Positions 1 through 11,399 of a DNA stretch of 64,000 nucleotides are shown one piece after another. The stretch is from Selaginella moellendorffii (lineage: Eukaryota > Plantae > Lycopodiophyta): contig NW_003314321.1 of assembly GCF_000143415.4 (NCBI RefSeq), positions 382,236-446,235 of the forward strand, read 5' to 3'. Within the stretch, counting starts at the first letter, position 1, and every line of letters begins with the position of its first letter. The translations under genes were made by a program, and so were the position numbers. The notes under the pieces are model-generated. The model worked only from the letters and a program-made list of their open reading frames with translations. It made no database searches and was not told where the DNA came from.

Positions 1-285
1 ACTTTAAAATTAAAAGTTTTCAAAAGAGTATTCAATTATCTTTAGTTAAACATAATGAGAATCCAAAGCTTTTATTTTTTATAATACTATCTTTTATAGT
101 TTCAGATTAAAATTAGTGTAAATTATTTTTTCTTTACTAATTATATTTTAGTTCTAATTTTAAAAAAACACTGAGTGTGTTGATCAATATTGGATAAATA
201 ATCACTATACTATGAGAATTTGGAGTTTAATTTGAACGCCTTGTTATACAATGTAGTTTTGAATGATTTGTATATAAATAAAATT

Positions 286-1185
286 TTAATGTGTACGATA
301 GATAACAAAATCTATGCTTCCTGATAAACTACGATATAACACTAAATTTCCATCATCTTGTATAGTAAGGATAGATGGTAGTTCACATGGTGATGGGGAG
401 CAGTATTTATTAATTGTATATATTTGATCTCCATTTCTTTGATATAATACAATATTACCATCTGTTTGAAGTCTTAATTTACAACCATATTGTCCATAAT
501 TACCAGTATTGCTATTCCAATATGAAATTTTCTTTTTTACATCTACTAATTGAATTTCACAATTATTAAGCAATATTAACTCATAAAGTTTATTTGGAGA
601 AGCCTTCACTGTGCCAGGGTCCATAAAAGCAAAAGTATTATAGTCCTCTCCAGAAATCAGGCTTGAATACATAATCCAGCAATCATACAATTCTTGAGGG
701 ATTTTCTGTACTATAGTCTTGTTTGTTATAAGTTCTTTTATTGACATTTTTGGTATGGTTGATCCATATTCTAAAAAATAAAGAAGCATAAAATTAGCAT
801 TAACAATCACTAAAGCATCATAACCTTTCCATTGTGTTTTATCCTTCAAAACATGATAAATTGGGTATAAACCAGTTTTAATATCTTCTCCACCAGCACC
901 ACCATTTCTGTTAAATTGACCACTACAATATCCTTCATCATTAACAGGATTGAGAAACCATGCAGCTACAAGCACACGAAATGACCCAATCACGTTAAAA
1001 TATGCAAATGCCTGTCCATATGAATAGCTATAAGAAGAACTAATAGAATCCATCACCTCATCTAGTGTAGATAAAATAACATCCCGTGGACCACCAACTG
1101 GTATAATATCTGCAGTCCCAGCATACTCAAGCTTACCCTCAAGGCAAATAAATAAATAAATAAATATGAGAAAATTGAGTTTCAT
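286..1185 (-). CDS. Secreted chimeric protein: signal peptide + unknown N-terminal domain + C-terminal bulb-type (GNA/B-type) mannose-binding lectin, copy 1
   Basis: Intronless 299-aa ORF with hydrophobic N-terminus (MKLNFLIFIYLFICLEG). Two QxDxNxVxY motifs (QTDGNIVLY, QDDGNLVLY). Clear paralogs at 42083 and 50747. Confidence 0.85.
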   Translation of the reverse strand: MKLNFLIFIYLFICLEGKLEYAGTADIIPVGGPRDVILSTLDEVMDSISSSYSYSYGQAFAYFNVIGSFRVLVAAWFLNPVNDEGYCSGQFNRNGGAGGEDIKTGLYPIYHVLKDKTQWKGYDALVIVNANFMLLYFLEYGSTIPKMSIKELITNKTIVQKIPQELYDCWIMYSSLISGEDYNTFAFMDPGTVKASPNKLYELILLNNCEIQLVDVKKKISYWNSNTGNYGQYGCKLRLQTDGNIVLYQRNGDQIYTINKYCSPSPCELPSILTIQDDGNLVLYRSLSGSIDFVIYRTH

Positions 1186-1214
1186 ATTCTCTAGCTTTTT
1201 TCACACACACAGAC

Positions 1215-1216
<2 letters not shown>

Positions 1217-1254
<38 letters not shown>
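1217..1254. repeat. (AT)n microsatellite
   Basis: Perfect AT dinucleotide run ~30 bp upstream of the lectin-fusion ATG. Confidence 0.95.
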
Positions 1255-1260
<6 letters not shown>

Positions 1261-2833
1261 CACCTATGACATTGCCAATAAATTCAGAAACTTACAAATG
1301 TTTTAAAGACACAGGCATTGGCAATGTCAAACCTTGTTGCATTGTACAAGAAGCTAATATCTTTTAAATTATATTTCTTCCTAAAAATAAAAAGTTTATA
1401 AATTAGTTTGTTTTTGTTTTTTTTATAAAAGAAATGTAGGTCTTTTTAGTTTTGTAAGGAAAACCTATATATACTTGCCAACCTAAGTTGGTTTAAATGA
1501 GAAATGAATTGTTATATTTGCTATAATAGGGCTTTACCACCAAATTCTATCATTCCTACATTTATAACCTTCACTAAGACCCCTAAGGTATCTTTGTGTT
1601 ATTTGGATAGCCATTGTATACACTCATAAATTTCTGTGTTTAGCAAGAAAGTTATGTTGGCCTTTTGTCTTGAAATACTTCTCTTTAAATCTCTATCCCT
1701 CTACATACTTTTAAAACCAATTTATAAAAATACTTTTGAAATAATCATATTACACATACCTTTCAAATTTAGTAAATTCTTACTAAGATGACTTTCTTTA
1801 TTTGAATATAAACTAAAATCATACTAGTTGTTTTATTAAGCAGTTTATTTTTTAGAAACAAAACTCTTTCTTGATAAGAATAGTTCCACCTTAGCCAATC
1901 CAAACATGGTAGTTGATAGAGAGGTTGGCACTAATGCACCAGGTTTCCAGCTTCTCTTCTCGCTAGCAGGAATAAGGTGCCCAGCAGCTGCAGCTCACAC
2001 TCACTATGTTGCCCAACAGCCTCTAGCTGCCATGACGACCCAGCTGTGCTGCCCAGCAGCTGCAGCTCTGTGCCCAGCTTGCACCCTAGCTGGCACGGAG
2101 ACATTGTAGCAGCCACAACTAAGCTCCAGCCTCAATGGCAACTTGGCAACCACATTCCTGTCCTTTTTTTATGGCCATGGCAAGAGGATGAGGGGTCCTC
2201 TTCAAGCTCTTGGTACCTTGGCTGCTCCAGCATGCCCTTGTCATGGGTGCCACAGCTCTCATAGCAATAGCTAGTTTGACGAGATAAGTCTCTTTCCTTT
2301 ATTGATTTAGTTCTTTGTTTTTCTTTCTTGTAGGCATCAAATGAGCAAGGACATCAATGAGTAATGCAAATGTAGGGATTTAATGTGGCACAGTACCTTG
2401 TTAATGCCTTCAGAATGCATTCATTGATTAGGGGCCTTGCTGCATTATCAAATAAATTAGAAGTGGCTATGTTGAGAAGTATAAATATAAAATTAATAAA
2501 TCTATAATAATAAAAATTACACATCTGGTTTTAGAATCTTTATATGTAGCTAAAGCATAAAGGTGAAAATCTAGAAAAAGAAAAGAAAAACCAAGACTAT
2601 TAATCTCCAATCTTCCTAAACCATAAAGAAAATATTTACCTTGTTTGGTGGTCAAGGTTGGGCTATTGCTCAGCCTAGCTGTAAAGGTAGTATTGCTTGT
2701 AGCCCACTTATGCTTTCTCAACTAGGTCTATTGGGCTTCCTTGGCCATAAGGCATGCCTGGCTCACAGCCCTAATTTCTGTGTCCACTCATAACTTAGAG
2801 CACTTTGGCTATGTAGTCAAGATTATAGGAGAT

Positions 2834-2939
<106 letters not shown>

Positions 2940-3050
2940 TTGTATGTGTATGAGTGTATGGAATATAGAAATGTGCATATTTGATTAACCCAAAAACCTT
3001 AGCTAAAACTTAGACCATAAGTATATAGGAGTTTATATGGTGAATAACCG

Positions 3051-3190
3051 ATGAAACTCTATCTGTGACATATATTGAAGAAACAGTAAATAATCATCTA
3101 AGTCTGAATGTTATAAGTGTAATGAAACTCTACCTATAACATACTTATATCAAAGAAATAGTAAATAATAGTAAGTCTGAATATTATAAA
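3051..3190. repeat. ~70-bp tandem duplication (2 copies)
   Basis: ATGAAACTCTA..ACATA..AAGAAA.AGTAAATAAT..TAAGTCTGAAT.TTATAA occurs twice, ending at the TRIM insertion site. Confidence 0.75.
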
Positions 3191-3755
3191 TGTAAGTTTT
3201 TGAATTTGGACTTCCCAAAAGGTCACTCAACTCAGTACTATTAAAACCCTAGGACATTTAACCCCAAATATCCTAAAACCCTTAACCAATTGGAAAAAAG
3301 GGTGCACTTTTATTCATATCCCTTTCTTTTTATATTTAAACCCTATAAATTGTCTTTTAAGTTGTTCTTTTTTGTTATTCATAATTCACCACACTTCCCT
3401 GCAAATTCACACCCTTGTGAATAGAAGTTGAGAGCCATAGCTCTCTTGAGAATCTACCCCTTGGGTTGAGCCTAGCCGAAAGCAAATTAAACCTACCAAA
3501 TATCAAGTATGATTCCTTTAGCTAATCAACAAAGTTGAACTCAAAACTCTTTTTAATACCAAATATAAACTCATGAATTTGAACTTCCTAGGATGTCACC
3601 TAACCCAGTATTATTCAAACCCAAGGATATTTAGCCTAAGTATTTAAAACCTTTAACTAATTAAAAAAGAGGGTATATTTTTATTTATAGGCCCTTTCTC
3701 TCTATATTTGAACCCTATAAATCGTCTCTCAAGTCATTCTTTTTAGTTGCTTATA
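3191..3755 (-). mobile_element. Cassandra-like TRIM, complete (LTRs 3191-3383 and 3564-3755)
   Basis: Two ~192-bp direct repeats with 5S-like core (+ strand GGACTTCC..GGTCAC..AGTACTA..TTAAC). Degenerate iMet PBS (rc ..AATACCA) near 3561. 5-bp TSD ATAAA at 3186-3190 and 3756-3760. Confidence 0.88.
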
Positions 3756-4100
3756 ATAAATTTATGTAGTTCACGATCATTTCTTTAAAGGTCTAAATGA
3801 GTCATTCCACTAAATTATCCATTTATGGATGATAAACATTTGTGAAAGTATAACATATCTAAAGTCAAGATGTCAAGACATGAAATGCCTTAGTCATAAA
3901 TGCAAGACTATTTAAGAGAATCCACTCTAAATAAGAATGCTAGAAAACCACTCGATTAAGAAGGAAGTATCCAACAACAATCATAAATACACTAGAAAGA
4001 GCAACTTCCACTTAATAAGTCAAGTAGTTGGAGGTAATAATAATGCACTTATTACCAATAATTAATTGTGGAAAAGGCCCTTTCATATAAAATGCCACAA

Positions 4101-4664
4101 TATAATCTCATGAATTTGGACTTCTTAGGATGTTACCCATCCTAATATTACTCAAACTTAAGAACATTTAACCCCAAGTATCCCAAAACTCTTAACTAAT
4201 TGAAAAAGTGAATGCATTATTGTCTATAAACCCTTTCTTTCTATATTTGAACCTCAATAGATTATCTTTAGTTCTTTTTAGTTGCTTATAATTCACCATA
4301 TTTTTTTACAAATTCATGCCCTTGTGAATAGAAACTGAAAGGTACAATTGCCTTACTCTTTTAAAACACTACCCTTTGAGTCTAGCCCAACTTAGCAAAC
4401 TAGACTGCCAAATGTCAATATTAATATATATTATGAGTCTTTTACCCAATTAATAAAGTTGGACTTTGAGACCCCTCTAATACCAAATGTAAACTTTAGA
4501 ATTTGACTTTTCCAACTTAGTATTATTCAAACCCATAGATACTTAACCTTAAGTATCTCAAAACCATTAAATAATTGGAAAGGAGGTGACTCTTGAACGT
4601 CACTGGATCTTTTGAGTTGTTTCTTACAAATTATCTCTCAAGTCATTCTGTTTAATTGCTTACA
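4101..4664 (-). mobile_element. Cassandra-like TRIM, degenerate (LTRs ~4101-4290 and ~4488-4664)
   Basis: Same LTR and internal sequence. PBS remnant CTCTAATACCA just before 4488. First LTR has CCCATCCTA (rc TAGGATGGG, 5S C-box). No matching TSD found. Confidence 0.8.
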
Positions 4665-4965
4665 AATTTCTCAACTACATAATAATGTCTTATACGTCTA
4701 CCTAAAATAGGAGAATGATGGTAAGCGTGGAAAAAATATGGACCACAAATGGTTATCAGAATCAGTCACTTTAATGTAAAAAAGCTCATCCTCAAGACGA
4801 TATTGAGAATGTAAATGCCGAAACAATAAATTATTAGCAAATGATGCAAGATTTTCAAATTTGTGACAAAGTTTTCAAGCCTATAGTTTAACCTTTTGAG
4901 CCTTGTGAAAGTTGTCAAGAAAAGGTAAATCTAGCTTTGCACTTTGTAAACACTAAATATCAAGT

Positions 4966-5129
4966 ACTCCAACTATTGATAACATAAAATTCTCATCTAA
5001 AAAATCCATTAATGCTAGAATAATAAACATATTAGAAACATGAGAAGACTCTAACTATTGACAACATAGAATTCTCATCTAGAAAATCCACTGATGCTAG
5101 AATAACAAATATATTAGAAACATGAGAAG
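4966..5129. repeat. ~82-bp tandem duplication (2 copies)
   Basis: ACTC.AACTATTGA.AACATA.AATTCTCATCTA.AAAATCCA.T.ATGCTAGAATAA.AAA.ATATTAGAAACATGAGAAG repeated head-to-tail. Confidence 0.85.
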
Positions 5130-5229
5130 CAAGTAATAAAGGGAGAGAAGCTCAAGAAAGAGCATTAGCATCAGTCATAGAACTCCTTGGATAAAAGTCA
5201 TATATTTAGAGCTTTATAACCCACCAAAC

Positions 5230-5900
5230 AATACGACCAACCAAATTTTTTGCTTCAATAATAAAGTGATTGCAATATAATCATCTTTTAGCAATGTTTG
5301 AGAACTATGTAAGTATGCATAAATCTTCTCAAAACCCCAAATTATTATTAGACACTCTTCTATCATAGAGTAATTCACCTTCACTAGTTATAATGTACAA
5401 CTGATATAAATGATAGGATAATGCTAATTAAAACACTTATACCTTCAAGACCAATATTAGAAAAAACTATATACAAGATGAAAGGATATGCCAAAATTAA
5501 AGGAGTTGTTAACACTTCTTTTGGATCCATAAATGCCCACTTATAATTCTTAGATTAGATGAAAGACGATATGGATGACTTTAACAATGCTTGCATGGTG
5601 CAATACGATTAGAGAGGTGATTAACAAATGATCAAGATATTGCACCTTACTGAAGAAGCAATTATATTATTCATACATTTTGAAGCTAGGAACTTTAAAA
5701 TAGCTATAAGTTGTTAGGATCAATTTACAAACCTTTATGAGAAATGTGGTACTTAAGATAAATTATATTCTTAGATTCAAATATACACTTTTACCACTTC
5801 AACTTCAAACCAACTTTTTGCAGTTGATTCAACACCTTGCAAACATTACAAATGTGCTCCTCTCATGTCCCTTATGAGTGAATCAAGACATTATGGATGA
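5230..5900 (+). mobile_element. Possible highly decayed PIF/Harbinger-type DDE transposase remnant
   Basis: Manual translation gives fragments resembling the family motifs in the expected order: ..KIKGVVNTSFGSINA (cf. GAIDGTH), TLTMLAWCN (cf. LQAVCD), FLDSNIH (cf. LGDSGY). Many stops. Confidence 0.3.
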
Positions 5901-6187
5901 AATCAATAATCACCTCTAAATAAGTGATTAAATTTTTAATTCTATTTTAATCATTTAACCACACCTTTGACCATTTAAAATCTTACACACAACTTTGATG
6001 GCTCCTCACCCTAGCTTAGGGTACTTACTAAGACTCTAAACGTGGCTTCAAAGATATATTGACTATGCACTTAGTTCAAGTACTCCATATGTCTAAATTC
6101 CACATCAAACACCTAAAGGTACTATTGATATATTTTTTTACACTAAAATTACATCTATTTTTAATATTTTTTTGGTAGTCCAAAATT

Positions 6188-6643
6188 CTATATTTGAACC
6201 CTTATGGATCATCTCTCGAGTCGTTCTCTTTGGTTGCTTACAATCCACCACACTTCCCTGCAAGTTCATGCCCTCATGAACAAAAGATTAGAACTGCAGC
6301 TCTCTTGAGAGCCCTGCTCTCTTGACACCCTACCCCTCGGGTCGAGCCCAACAGAAGCAAACTAGACTTGCCAGATGTCAATCAATATGTGGTGCAATTC
6401 TTTTAGCCAACCAACAGAATCAAACCCAAAACTCGCTCCGATACCAAATGTAAGCTCTTAACTTTAGACTTCCCGAGAAATCACCCAGCTCAATACTATT
6501 CAAACCCAAGGACGTTTAACTCTAAATATCCCAAGACCCTTAACTAATTGGAAAAGAGGGTGCACTTTTGTTTATGCGCTCTTTCCCTTTATATTTAAAC
6601 TCTTATGGATCATCTCTCGAGTCGTTCTCTTTGGTTGCTTACA
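6188..6643 (-). mobile_element. Cassandra-like TRIM, one LTR truncated (intact LTR 6449-6643)
   Basis: PBS rc GCTCCGATACCA at 6435-6446. LTR TGTAAGC...GCTTACA with 5S-like core. Internal region ~205 bp; partial second LTR 6188-6242. Confidence 0.88.
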
Positions 6644-7149
6644 AAAACCATATATATCACAGTCCAATTTCTCCAAGATTAAACCCTTTATCCATAAGTG
6701 GTCACTTTATAACCATTTGTTAACATTTTTAAGATGCCCCAAGATATGAGGGAACACCATCCCCTATTATCCCTTCTTTAATGGCCACTAAATGCTTTTT
6801 TATCCATAACAATATTTACTAATAGACTATTATTGGGTTATGGCCCAAAAGTCTATCCACTAAATCCCATTAACCTCTAGGATTTCCTTATCACGTAATT
6901 ATACCTTTGATTAATGAGTAAAGGACTATTTTTCCTCCTTTTTATAGCCAAACATTAAAATGACATTTCAAAATACCCTTATAAACGATTAAACTTTCTA
7001 TTCCACACTTTTGACCACTCAGAGGAGTCTTCTCATCCTAACTTAGACCTTTATAAATCTTTCATTTGCATTCCTAGATTGAGGATCATTCTTTCTTTAG
7101 GATGGAAATTTTTTCATAAATTCTCTTAAACTTTTTCAATAGTTAAGAT

Positions 7150-7373
7150 AACTAATAAAGTTGAAACTAAGACCTCTTTAATACTAAATGTAAACTCCCG
7201 AATTTAAACTTTTAAAAAAGTCATATATTATTCAAACCTAAGTATGCTTAATCCTAAGTATCCCAAAATCATTAATTGAATGGAAAAGGAGGTGCACTTT
7301 TATCATAAACCTTTTTTTTTTATATTTGAACCTACACATATTGTTTCTTGAGTCATTCTCTTTAATTATTTAC
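7150..7373 (-). mobile_element. Cassandra-like TRIM fragment (LTR ~7189-7373 plus PBS-side internal remnant)
   Basis: Degenerate match to the LTR consensus (TGTAAACTCC..TATTCAAACC..TTAA..GGTGCACTTT..TATATTTGAACC). Confidence 0.7.
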
Positions 7374-7399
7374 TCCCATCTCTCAGAGGAGCTAAAGTT

Positions 7400-10300
7400 A
7401 GCTTTCTCTAGAAACTCATTTATTAATTATTTCATACCTATTCCTCAAGCACTTTTTTGAAAGTTTCACTCTTGCTCTCAACTCTTTAAGTCGGAGCTTT
7501 ATTCCAAATGTGTTCCATTTGTTAAACTTTTGCTTTAGCCATTTTTACATGACATACCTTCAGTTTAATTTTAGGACTCATTATGGATTACCATTTTACG
7601 TTTGGTACCAAACCACTATTATCAATGGTCTAACACCTTCATGCCTTACATATCCTTTAAGGAGCATACACCTTCCAATTTATAAACTCAATATTTCACT
7701 TTTGAAGGTTCCTTTTCTTAATTGATTTTCACTAAACCCATTAAAAATATTTTCTTCTTCTCAACCTTACTATCCATTCCAGAGTAGTCTTGAAACTTTT
7801 TGTGTCAATTTTTTAGGTGTTTTCAACACTTTTCTATACATATTATTGTTATATATAATATTCTTTACTTAAGGATACTATCTTCCTCTTCTTTATCCTA
7901 TACCAACATAGGCATTAAATTCCACCCACCATATAGAATAAATTTTTAAAAGATAATGAAGATGGACTATGGATAGGTCCAAAGTAGAAAACTCCTTATA
8001 TCTATTTTCCAAACTTAATTGCATTTACCCAATATGTATGTTTTATCTAGTAATTCAACATTCACATAACTAATATTTACCTTAGAATCTCCCAATTCTA
8101 TGCTTTTACCCATTTGACAAATTACTTAAGTGTTATCACTTTTTAAATCCATAATTTATATTAAAGCTGCTCATCCTATCTTTTGATTATATTGTTACTC
8201 TATCTTTTAGAATTTTTTATTTTTCACTATATTGGAGCATTTGGGAGTTCTATCCTTAAAAACTTACTACTACTTCCATATATCTGTTGGCACCTACCTT
8301 ATGATGGTTTTCTCCTAATTTATCATTTAGATTCTCTCTAATAATTTCTTAAGCTCCTTCCTGACCACTAGTCTTTTATTTTTGTCTTTTAGTCATTGCC
8401 ATAAACAATATAGGATTACTATCTCCATCTTTGAGGTTTTTTTTTGTTTTACAATAAAGACCTTATTTTGATAAGTCTATTTACCCCCTAGTAAGTTTTG
8501 GAACACTTACCACTGGGAGCTTTATCCACACTTTTTGAAATTACTTTCTTGAACTCACAATACTATTGTATTGTATCTAACTATTTCACCTTAAATATCC
8601 TTCCCACTTAGCCATTTTGACCAAGCCACACCTTGCCAATTGTTCAATTCACAATTTTGAATTAGGAAACTCTATTCCTTAACTTAGTAAGGAACTTATA
8701 TATTCTATATATATAATTTGATGGAGTAACTCTTTGTTAAAGAGCAAGGTAAATAAAATTCTTTAAACCAACTATAAAATCATTTAGTGATCCTCAATAG
8801 ACATCTCAAAATTTTTACTAATAAGTATTAGGTCTACCCAACCTTGAGTTGCTGACCGCATCCCTAGAAGCATCCTCCACACTTGGCGATACACTCAAAG
8901 CAGCCAAAGATCCATAACAACTTAAATTGAAACACACTAATCATGGATCATAATTTCAAAACATCCCCCACATAACAATGTGCCTAAACTAGCTTTTTCG
9001 CTAAGAGTTTATGACCAATCACCATGCCTTAGTGCCTTCTTAGCACTAGAGAATTGAAACTCTAACCCAACTTTTTTATATGCATTTATGAGTGATATCA
9101 CACAAAACACTTGGCATAACTCTAGTGCACCAAGTTTATACCTATGTTAATTAACTTCTTTTTTATATGCATGCCATAAATCACAACTTAGAAACCTTAT
9201 TTCCTTGACAAACTAGATGATCAACCTATAATCATGTATGGACTCTTCTATATTTGGCCTCTTGGGCTTTTAATTTTGAAGTTAACTCTTCAATTAGGAA
9301 ATGTTGTTCATTTGATTTGCCAATCCTACTTAGAAAATTGCTTAGCTAGTGTTATATGATTCTACGCATAAGTATCTAAATCTTTAAAATATCAATTTGT
9401 TTAAAGCCATCCCTTTGAATATGTAGAAATTATTTCCTTAACCTTGATAGCCTCATCTCATGACAAATTTCAAGACCACACTTCTGCTACGTTATTTTGA
9501 TTTTGCAACTATCTATGAACCATTTATCCTTGGCTTTCTAAATACCAATTTACTTAAATAATTTTGGAACATTGAAGGAACTCCACCCCTTCACTTGTTA
9601 AAACCTCTCCCTTCACAAGGTTTTTACTCATTATTTAGTTTAATATAGACATTTCTATATTTTAGACTTTTTATGATACTATATTTGCATGTAGTAAACC
9701 CTCAAACTCACATTTGATTTCCCACTCCCAACTTGCATAACCACTTTTTATTATGTTCTTTGATTCTTATGGTTCAATTCTATCCATTTATTGCTCTTGG
9801 CTCTATATATTACTTTTGCTTATTCTTCTCCATGTTAGGAATAATTTTACACTTTCTACTTGTGCCTTAGTAAGTATTCTTAGAGATAAACCTAATTAAA
9901 AATTTATGAAGTGGTTCCTCAATTTGGATATGTTTAACTTCTAATCCCACACACTAGGATTAATTTTGTTATTCATAAGTCCTCACATGCTTATTATTAG
10001 TAGTAAAGTCTCTTTAACCTTACCCAATTTGGATAAACAAACTTCCCCCATCTTTAGCTTTGCTTAATTTTGAATTTTAAATAGCATCTCCCATCTATTA
10101 TTCTCCAAAAACTTAGTCTTATAAGCCTTATTTAATGCCTTTATAATACCAGACACTATATTCTTGGTGTTTTATGTATTTATATGTCTCAATGATGGAC
10201 TTCTTAGGCAATAAAAATTTATTTCCATGGCAATGAATAACTATATCCTAACATAAAAAACTTATCCCTTAAAGAATATAATGAACCCCTTTTTTATCCC

Positions 10301-11390
10301 AACAAGAAATATCTTGGGAAGTTAGCTTTTACTATTTTAATCAATTATATTAAAATTATGGTTAATTATCTCATAGTTACCATATCCTACAACTCATTAC
10401 CATTGTTTCTACACCTTTATTCACATTTGGTCAAAACACTTTAATTTCATGATTTCCAGTTTAGGCTATTAATCCTGGGGTTCCCTTGGCAAAGGGTTTT
10501 TTGAATTAACCACCTTGATATACTCAAGACATCTTTTAATAAGATATTTAGTATCTTCATATCATTAACTCTATGATATAAATAATTAAAGAGAACAATT
10601 TGAGAAATGATCTATAGGGGTTCAAATATAAAAGAAAAGGGTTTAAAAATGCAACTTCTTTTTCAATTGATAGAGTTTTAGGATATTTGGGGTTAAGCAT
10701 CTTTGGATTTATATAGTACTAGATTAGGTGACCTTTTAAGAAGTCCAAACTCAAAAAACTTACATATGATTCTATCTTTCACCAAGATTATACTTTGCCA
10801 TTTCTTATGCTAAAATAACTAATATTGGCTAGCCCTTCACTATTATACTTAGATAAAACTATTTGCAAGAGTTGTTTTTCTTTGTGAACACTTTTTTATG
10901 ACTTTAGCATGACACTCTTAACCAGTAATAAGATACTCACTATTCTCATATTTAAATTTTATGAGCTTATATAGAACAAAGGGGATAATTGAGTATTGAA
11001 GTGACACTTATAATGGATAGGATATAAATACAAGAAACTATACTCAATCATTTTAGTCCTTGATTATACACAATACACCACAATGCAACTTCAATTACAT
11101 CTTTAAGACTATCCCTTAATTCTATTGAATCACATAACCTTTTGGACTTATTAGTCCTGCAACCCATAAGGTCATAACCTCATAGCTACATTGACATGCT
11201 ACTTTATTTACTTTTACCCTTAAGAACAATCCTTCTGTAACATAAGAATGTTAATTTATCTTTTAAATACACCCCTAACTCTTTGAGTTGTTCCAACATT
11301 TATAAGAAGTAGCACTCAGAGGACATGCATCCTCAACTATATTTTGACCACTCATAATGATTAAATTTAATTTCAAATTTATAAGCATCA
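7400..11390 (+). mobile_element. AT-rich, CpG-depleted decayed repeat region, possibly a LINE reverse-transcriptase remnant
   Basis: No ORFs. Weak motif-like traces in LINE RT order: near 9620 (cf. RPISLLNxD), near 10030 (cf. RQGxPLS), near 10475 CTGGGGTTCCCTT (cf. YLGVP). Confidence 0.25.
10577..10764 (+). mobile_element. Cassandra-like solo LTR
   Basis: Reverse orientation relative to the other copies: GGTTAAGCATCTTTGGATTTATATAGTACTAGATTAGGTGACCTTTTAAGAAGTCC..CTTACA. TSD TATGA at 10572-10576 and 10765-10769. Confidence 0.85.
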
Positions 11391-11399
11391 TTCTCAGGT

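Noticed and set aside
1906-2264. Short overlapping ORFs in a CAG/CTG-rich patch
   Set aside because: Low-complexity sequence with no recognisable domain; likely a decayed repeat.
3191-7373. CRISPR-like array or satellite
   Set aside because: The repeats are ~190-bp LTRs with homologous internal regions and irregular spacing in a eukaryotic genome.
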